Below, one piece after another: positions 10,964-17,398 of a stretch of 17,398 bases of DNA (position 1 is its first letter; the number at the start of each line of letters is the position of its first letter). The notes under the pieces are model-generated. The model saw nothing but the letters and a program-made list of their open reading frames with translations, was not told the origin of the DNA and did no database searches. The DNA comes from Azolla caroliniana. Its lineage: Eukaryota; Plantae; Polypodiophyta. The position numbers and the translations under genes are program-made. The stretch lies in assembly GCA_043228905.1 (NCBI GenBank), contig JBHGNT010000699.1, positions 1 to 17,398 of the forward strand, given 5' to 3'.

Positions 10964-11027
10964 CGGAGAGCGTAAGTAAGGATGTGATGGGCGTGGAAGA
11001 AAGAAAGTGAAAGCGGGGACAAAATGA

Positions 11028-11088
11028 TGGGCCGGAGGGTGACCGACCGATAGATGGGCGTGACGTGGCACCCACCCCAAAAGGCCCA
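11028..11088 (+). promoter_or_regulatory. UBP14 proximal promoter motifs: two site II elements and an ACGT/G-box-like element
   Basis: TGGGCC at 11028-11033, TGACGTGGCA at 11061-11070 and GGCCCA at 11083-11088 are typical plant housekeeping promoter motifs. Confidence 0.5.
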
Positions 11089-11193
11089 ACATTTGGCCGA
11101 CTTGTCAATCCTCTAAAACTAGACGGACCAGACCAGACGGAGCAGATCAGATCAGATCATGGTGGACGGAAAATTCAAAAAACAAGAACATAG

Positions 11194-11239
11194 CCCCCCC
11201 CCCCCCCCCCCTCAGATGGAGAGAGAGAGAGAGAGAGAG
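11194..11239. repeat. C18 homopolymer and (GA)10 microsatellite in the UBP14 leader region
   Basis: Read directly: C18 at 11194-11211 and GA repeat at 11219-11239. Confidence 0.9.
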
Positions 11240-11310
11240 TAGGGTAGAACGACAGGTGCACAGACCGTAACAACCCAAAGATTGAGTTACTGCTTCTGCT
11301 ACCTTCGCAA

Positions 11311-11478
11311 GTAAGCGATTCTTTCCATTGCTCTCGGCCTGTACATCTCAGAGAAGAGAGATCGAAGCGAGGACTCTTATCTTCTGTCTCCATCTCCAAA
11401 GGAGAAAGAAAATATATCTATTAAGAGAGAGATAGAGATAGAGAGAGAGAGAGATCCAGGTACCTTTGCTATTGCCAG
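11311..11478 (+). other. Possible 5' UTR intron of UBP14
   Basis: Consensus-like donor AA|GTAAGC at 11311 and acceptor ctttgctattgccAG at 11477-11478, 30 nt before the ATG. Confidence 0.35.
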
Positions 11479-11508
11479 ACAGTAGAGAGAAAGAAAGAGA
11501 GGGAGAGA

Positions 11509-11604
11509 ATGGAGCTTCTGCGCTCTCAGCTTTCCAGAGTGAGGATTCCTGAGCCTTCTAATCGCATCTACAAGCAAGAATGCTGCATCTCTTACGATAC
11601 TCCA
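11509..11604 (+). CDS. UBP14: Ubiquitin carboxyl-terminal hydrolase 14, coding exon 1
   Basis: MELLRSQLSRVRIPEPSNRIYKQECCISYDTP matches the plant UBP14 N-terminus as I recall it. Donor GTAAGC at 11605, phase 0. Too short for the ORF track. Confidence 0.95.
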
Positions 11605-13159
11605 GTAAGCGGTTTCAAGACACTTGCCATATTTTGTTTTAAAAAGCGTAGTTGATTTCATCTTATTTCTGGCAAGCAATCTCTTTGAATATCCCTGCAG
11701 ATCCTAACCTTACTAAGTCTATGTCAACGCTTACTGTTTTCGGCTTTTGTATCAGAGAAAATACTCCATAGAAACAAAGATGTGCATATTATTTGGTTAA
11801 GGAACTTTTTCGTCTATTGATTTGCAAAACAGGCTGAAGGACACTTCCACTTACAGATTTCTTCAGATTTCCTGCAATAATTCACCTTATTAATTCTCCA
11901 TATACGAACTCATTATTATTTGTTGGTACATTTTACCAGCGGCTCTTGATCCACAAAAAGCAAGTGTGTGTTATTGTTTTAGGAGTGTTTTGTTTATTGT
12001 TTATTGGCAGAGGATCTGAAAGGCTTCTGCTGACAGTGAACTGTGCACATGAAGATTTAATCACACAGTAAATGATAGTATCTTCAGTTATGGGAGAAAG
12101 GAGTTTGTAAATTGTCCGTTTCGTTTTCTAGAGGAGATTCTTAGTTGATAGAAAAACAAGCAAATCGTGCCATTTAAGGAACTTCTCATCTGTTGTTGAT
12201 AATCATAACAGCTTGCAGGATTTACATATGAATGATCTTTGTTTCATATTAAATGATGCCTCTAGGAATGCCTTTCAATTGCAAGCAGAACTATCTACAG
12301 TTATGTTCAAATTATCTTTTATACGATAGTTCAGTTTTTGCTACTGGGGAAAAATTTATGCCGTTTCAAATAGTAAATGAAACATTGCAAAGTTATTGTC
12401 CAGCAATTGCAGTTTTTGTGACTATACAAAAATTATTTTTCAGAATCCTCCAGATGCCAAAGGTTCCTTTTTCTTTATACATCTCCAGTGTATTTTTATG
12501 CAGGGACATTTTCTTCACAGAAAAGTTAAGTCTTGATTCCTGTCAGTTGCATGTTCTAGCCGGAATATGTTCTTCATAGAAAAGCAATTGTTTGGCTTGT
12601 TTAAGTAGAATCTCACCTGCCTTGATTAATGCAACAGCTTGAAGGACTTCCATTTGGAATTTTTTCGTTTTATATGAAATTGTGCACCTAAGTAAGCAAT
12701 TTCGTAGTCAATGGCACACGCTATCAAAAGCAGAAATTCCTGAAGATTTACATCTGGAAGTCTTTTGTTCAATAGTAAATGGATGCGGTTTCATTGTGAA
12801 TGACACCATTTACAGATTTTTAAGTGCTCTCCATATGCTGACCATTGTTAATCTTTGTCAGCATCCATTGAATTTTCCACTAGATCCTTTAGCCTTTTTT
12901 TACACCTTGAATTGTCTTTTGTCACATCATGATTTACAGTACTTTTTCCCATTCAAAATACCTTTTTCTGGAGCATATTTGTCATTTATTCGTAACTTGA
13001 TCCATACCGTCAATCCTTGTCTGTTCTATTAACTTGGTTTCTTGTTGCAGCCAGAATGTTTACTATAATTGATTTTCATGCACATCATATTATTAGTTTT
13101 CTTTTCTGATATATATTTTTCTATATATCGACAATATGATCTGTATCTGTCGTCTGCAG

Positions 13160-13331
13160 AGATCAGATGGAGGTCTATATGTAGATCTCTCCTCCTTCCT
13201 TGCTTTTGGGAAAGATTATGTGATGTGGCAGTATAATAAGACAAGAAACTCTGTATATCTTAATATAAAAGAGAAGTTAAAACCGGACAATGAAGATCGG
13301 CCTCACAAGAAACCTACGTTACTGGCTATTG
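13160..13331 (+). CDS. UBP14: UBP14 coding exon 2
   Basis: ctgcAG|RSDGGLYVDLSSFLAFGKDYV...RPHKKPTLLAI G|GT; 172 nt, ends phase 1. Confidence 0.95.
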
Positions 13332-13437
13332 GTATTACCTCTTGAACAATGAAATGGACATTGCTATTGGGATCAATGTTTTTAAAGTTTTTAAAGAGAC
13401 TGTAATTTCATCTTGTGATGCTGTAATATTACAACAG

Positions 13438-13550
13438 GTGTTGATGGTGGATTCAACAGTAAAGAGAAAGAAAAGGAATTGACGTACAGCATTGTCATAT
13501 TACCAGGCTTTGTGGAACTTCCATTCCCCAATGTTGAATTGCCAGAAAAG
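13438..13550 (+). CDS. UBP14: UBP14 coding exon 3
   Basis: acAG|(G)VDGGFNSKEKEKELTYSIVILPGFVELPFPNVELPEK|GTATCT; 113 nt, phases consistent with its neighbours. Confidence 0.95.
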
Positions 13551-13642
13551 GTATCTGTTTCTCAATTCTTTCATTGTTATTAAACTTGAATCTGCATTGT
13601 AGATGTATGTGCATTTAGCTCTAAGATGTATGAATGGGTTAG

Positions 13643-13979
13643 GTCAGGCTTGCAGTGGATGGTGTATTAGCTGCAGTTGGAGCAGAACGCAAGGAACAAG
13701 TAGCAACTTGGATAGCTGAAAAAAGGCCAATCAGTGCATTCGCATATGATCTCCAGCAGATTGAAAATGGGGTGCAGGTGCCACCCACAGGGTGGAAATG
13801 TGCCAAATGTGATAAAGTAGAGAACTTGTGGCTAAACCTTACAGATGGCATGATTTTATGTGGAAGAAGAAATTGGGATGGCAGTGGAGGAAATGATCAT
13901 GCTGTAGAGCACTATCAGGAAACCAAATATCCTCTTGCTGTTAAGCTGGGTACAATCACAGCAGATTTAGAGACTGCCG
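13643..13979 (+). CDS. UBP14: UBP14 coding exon 4 (ZnF-UBP domain)
   Basis: VRLAVDGVLAAVGAERKEQV...WKCAKCDKVENLWLNLTDGMILCGRRNWDGSGGNDHAVEHY...YPLAVKLGTITADL; 337 nt, AG/GT boundaries. Confidence 0.96.
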
Positions 13980-14146
13980 GTTAGTGATGAACTGCTCTTT
14001 GGTTGAGACAGGAATACTGTTGCAAGCATGTAGTGTGATTAAATGCCATAATACTTCTCTGTTGCTACCTCGTACGCTCTATGTTCTGATTAAGGTGATA
14101 AAAATAGCTGTACCAATATTTGATTCTGGTTTCATTTGACTTGCAG

Positions 14147-14241
14147 ATGTATATTCATATATAGAAGATGATACAGTTGAAGATCCCTTGCTTGCACAAC
14201 ATTTAGCTCACTTTGGGATAGATTTTTCCTCACTTAAGAAG
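14147..14241 (+). CDS. UBP14: UBP14 coding exon 5; the gene continues beyond the window
   Basis: ttgcAG|(D)VYSYIEDDTVEDPLLAQHLAHFGIDFSSLKK|GTATAT; 95 nt. The expected next exon (TEMTTAE...) is not seen in the window. Confidence 0.95.
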
Positions 14242-14344
14242 GTATATTGAACTAACATGTTGAGGAATTCATTTAACTCACTTTGGGATTGATATTTCCT
14301 CACTAAACTAAAGAAAGTATACTTAATTGGGTACTTGAGGAATT
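14200..14344 (+). repeat. Tandem duplication (about 70-75 bp) of the exon 5 3' end plus donor site
   Basis: CATTTAGCTCACTTTGGGATAGATTTTTCCTCACT...TTGAGGAATT (14200-14269) versus CATTTAACTCACTTTGGGATTGATATTTCCTCACT...TTGAGGAATT (14270-14344). Confidence 0.88.
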
Positions 14345-14477
14345 AGTATCCTTATTGGTAGTAACAAAGGATATTAATTCACATAGTGATGAATGTAGGA
14401 AATCACAAACTTATATTTACATATGTATTTTTGCTGGAAAGAATAGCCAGTCTTTGCATTTGCTGAAACTCAATTTT

Positions 14478-15500
14478 GAGAGAGAGAAAGAAAAAAAGAA
14501 AGAAAGAAAGAAAGATATATTAACGTCTCTTAAGAGGCCAAAATGGCCTATAAAACCAAACAAGAGATTACATCTTAAATGTTGTCTCGTCTTTAAGAAC
14601 AAATAAAAAAAGAAGTAAATAATACTCTGTAAATATAAAAGTATATAAGATAAAAAGAGACAAGGGAATCTGGTTTTCGGCACATGTGAGATTCTCAAGT
14701 TAGATATATTGTAGCTTTTCTCTTCGAAAGATCTCTAGCATAGGTCGATCTAGAATGGAAATGTCTCTAAAGCGAGGGAAGCACCTTCGACGGTGGGAGA
14801 TAATGGCTTTTATTTGTCGATGAAAAGGGTGTCGAGGTCGTGGTTCATGGGGCCGGGGCCTAGTTGCACGGCAAATTGCTATTGCCCGATCAATTGTAAC
14901 GCCTCTGTTATGTCCTGATTGGGAGTCCATTTGTGTGTCCTGTTATTGACTTGTAGCATTAGTAGGAGTGATGGGGCTAAAGAAAGTTGTGATTGTTCTT
15001 TGTGGATGAGCTTGTGTGGTTGTATTCTTCAACAACTTTTCTCGATGTCTCTTGAGCTCTAGGAAGAAAAGTCCTAGGCATCGTTGGTCCTCATATTCCA
15101 TTACCTTGCGTAGTGGGGCAAAGCATTGTTTAAAGAGGCAATGGTATCTCCCTCTGATTTCATAAAAGACACTATAGTGACAAACATAGTGTTCTTCGGA
15201 TTCCATTCCTTGATGACACAATTGGCAAATTCTCTCTTCTAGAGGTAGTCGTCTATATCTGCCTACCTCAATTTGTAACTGATGTGATGAAGTTCGCAGC
15301 TGCCCTATCACACTACGCAATGCATAGGATAGATGTATGTCCATATAAGGTGGCCTGATGATGAATCCATCCTCCGATGCGTGTAAGAAGCGTGTCTTAT
15401 AGTGGGCCATCTTCGTACCAAGTGGTATTTTGGGGCTAATCCGTGTTATCTTGTTGTCCAAGTTAATAATATTAGTTCGGATCACCCTATTCTTTTCCAC
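14478..15500 (-). mobile_element. LINE 3' end, copy B (RTE/RTE-X-like): ORF2 C-terminal Cys/His domain, 3' UTR and microsatellite tail
   Basis: QLRTSSHQLQIEVGRY..LPLEERICQLC...ESEEHY...YEIR motif. The reading frame continues past a stop to 14700. 3' hairpin AGGCCA-AAA-TGGCCT at 14535-14549, then a (CTTT)n/(CT)n tail at 14478-14514 on the minus strand. The clade is inferred. Confidence 0.8.
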
Positions 15501-15509
15501 AATAGTTCG

Positions 15510-16120
15510 AATCCGATCTATTGTTAGGTCCTGGTCGAGAGCCCATTTGCGTAGCCCTTGATTGACTTGTGGCATGATTAGGAGTGATGGGGCTGAAGAA
15601 AGTTGTGATTGTTCTTTGTTGATGAGCTTTTGTGGTTGTATTGTTGTCCTTCAACATCTTTTCCTTGTGTCTCTCGAGTTCTAGCAAGAAAAGCCCCAAC
15701 CACCATTGGTCTTCATATTCCATTACTATGTGTAGGGGGTCAAAGTGTTGCTTTAAGAGACAATGATATCTCCCTCTTATTTCATATAAAACACTATAGT
15801 GACAAATGTAGTGTTCTTCAAATTCCACTCCTTGATGATACAATTGGCAAATTCTTTCTTCTAGAGGTGTCCATGCATGTCTACCTACCTTAACCTCTAA
15901 GTGATATGATGAAGTCGCCATTTTCCTACCAAGTGATGTTCTGGGGCTGATCCATGTTAACTTATTTTCCAAGTTAATAATATCAGTTTGGATAACTCTA
16001 TTCTTGTCCACTTTGATCATGTTTAGATGGGGACAATCCAAGCTATATTGGAACAAGGGCAATGTCTTTATGCTTATGCCATGTGACTTGAAACATTGTT
16101 GCATTACAACATACCAGCAA
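15510..16120 (-). mobile_element. LINE fragment, copy A (diverged tandem copy of B with a 111-bp in-frame deletion)
   Basis: Same protein (TSSYHLEVKVGRH..PLEERICQLY...QRTITTFFSPITP), offset about 620 bp from B; lacks the 37 aa HYKTRF...GQLR. Confidence 0.8.
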
Positions 16121-16129
16121 TAAATATTT

Positions 16130-16925
16130 CCTCGAACCGTTCCACACCTTTCCCCATCGGCATATCGTCAATTTTAGTCTTTCTTCACTAATGCTTGTTT
16201 CTAGGTCCTTCCTCCAAATTAGTCTCCTTAGCCTTCTTTTTTGTTGAGAGTTACTAGTCTCTCCTTCTAGCACTTTATTTTTTGTGATTCCCTAGTTCTC
16301 TTTATAGGTGCAATCTTGCATTCTTCATCTGTATCATACATAAAATCAAGAAGGTTTACATTAGGGGGAATTGTTGGAACTTGAGCTACGACACTTTCCC
16401 CTCCTGGTATTTGAGTGTTGAGTTGGTTAATATTATAGTTTTGATTGCTTTGAGGTTGATGCAATTCTTGACCCCAACCGCCTTTTCGTCGCGAAGGACG
16501 TCGTGTTGATATGTGCCCCTTAACACTAGATGTGTAGCACACAATCATGCTTCTTTCCCTTGGAGTATCTTGAGTTTGACTTACATTAAAATTCGCTTGC
16601 ATTTGTTGGATTTGTCGAGTAACTTCATCCAAATGCCGATTTAATTGCTTTGAGAAATCTCCTTCTATTTTAGGGGGAATAGTTCCTTGCATTACCAGGG
16701 CATTAGTTTGATATGTTGTTGGAGAGGTCACAAAAACATTAGGAAACATTTGCCCTCTGTGTAATATTGATGATTGTTTAAGAATAGGAGATGCAATTAG
16801 ATTACCTCCAATTGCCGCAATCTTCGAATCGGCTCGTGCTTGGAGAACTTTGATTTGTCTACTATAAGCTTGACAAGTTTATATAAACGCTTGGAAAGTT
16901 GTAGGATTCTTTAGATTTGCCTCCA
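16130..16925 (-). pseudogene. Second LTR retrotransposon gag fragment with a decayed zinc knuckle
   Basis: VCYTSSVKGHISTRRP is a degenerate Cx2Cx4Hx4C, preceded by a coiled-coil (LDEVTRQIQQMQAN) and followed by a gag-protease spacer-like region (VNLLDF...APIKRTR...RKTKIDDMPMGKG). Confidence 0.65.
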
Positions 16926-16942
16926 ATGCAAAGTGCCAAAAA

Positions 16943-17398
16943 TGATGAAGCGACCTTCCTTGGAGCATCAAAAATGATGAAGAGAGATAGAAAAAGATAG
17001 AGAAGAGAAGAGGAAGAGAAAGGAATATGTTATTTTATAACATTAGAGAACAATACAAGCTTCTTAGACTCCTACTAAAAACACCAGTACATAGAACTTT
17101 CTTTCTTTCTATGACATTAAACCCAAATAGACTTCCCTTCTTCCTTCCGTCTTCTACCCAGGGGCTTCTCACTTTTTATAGACCTTCTTCTTCCTCTTTT
17201 CCCAATTGTTAAGAAGCTCCTATTTATAGGTTTTTGGTTGCGTTATTCTTGCTTTTTTCTTTTCTTTTCTTTTTTAAATATCCTTGAGCGCCTTGCTTTT
17301 TTTTACTTTTTTTTTCTTCTCAATTATACCCGACTTTTGAAAAACGCCTCTAACTTTATATCCTTCAAGTTCCTTCCTGTTTTAATACTTGATCCTTT
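16943..17398 (-). repeat. Partial 5' LTR of the second element with TATA box; PBS-like sequence at about 16925-16942
   Basis: Minus-strand CCTATAAATAGG at 17219-17230, LTR-type end ...CTTCATCA followed by TTTTTGGCAC, resembling an Athila/Tat-style LTR-PBS junction. Same orientation as the gag fragment. Confidence 0.55.

Noticed and set aside
10840-11108. Proline-rich minus-strand ORFs (extensin-like)
   Set aside because: Artefacts of the promoter G-tract, with no signal peptide or convincing start.
12253-13032. ORFs of 108 and 116 aa in UBP14 intron 1
   Set aside because: T-rich intron composition and no domain motifs; exons 1 and 2 join in frame without them.

Overview
Eukaryotic, land-plant genomic DNA rich in transposable elements; there is no sign of prokaryotic systems. 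Left to right: (1) a decayed minus-strand Ty3/gypsy LTR retrotransposon (gag-PR-RT-RNaseH-INT, tRNA-iMet PBS) whose 5' LTR is interrupted by a 5'-truncated L1-type LINE with a 15-bp target-site duplication; (2) a candidate small secreted-peptide precursor gene (CDS 7724-8161) with a signal peptide, acidic pro-region and divergent CLE-like C-terminus, followed by a 43-bp tandem array; (3) a foldback/MITE-like element with a duplicated arm; (4) the promoter and first five coding exons of the deubiquitinase UBP14 (USP5/13 family), with a G-quadruplex tract and a microsatellite-encoded polyproline uORF candidate; (5) UBP14 intron 5, which starts with a duplicated exon end and holds antisense TEs: a tandem-duplicated LINE 3' end with a microsatellite tail, a gag fragment and an LTR. 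All calls come from reading the sequence by eye; no searches were run. The best candidate for novel biology is the putative peptide-hormone precursor.
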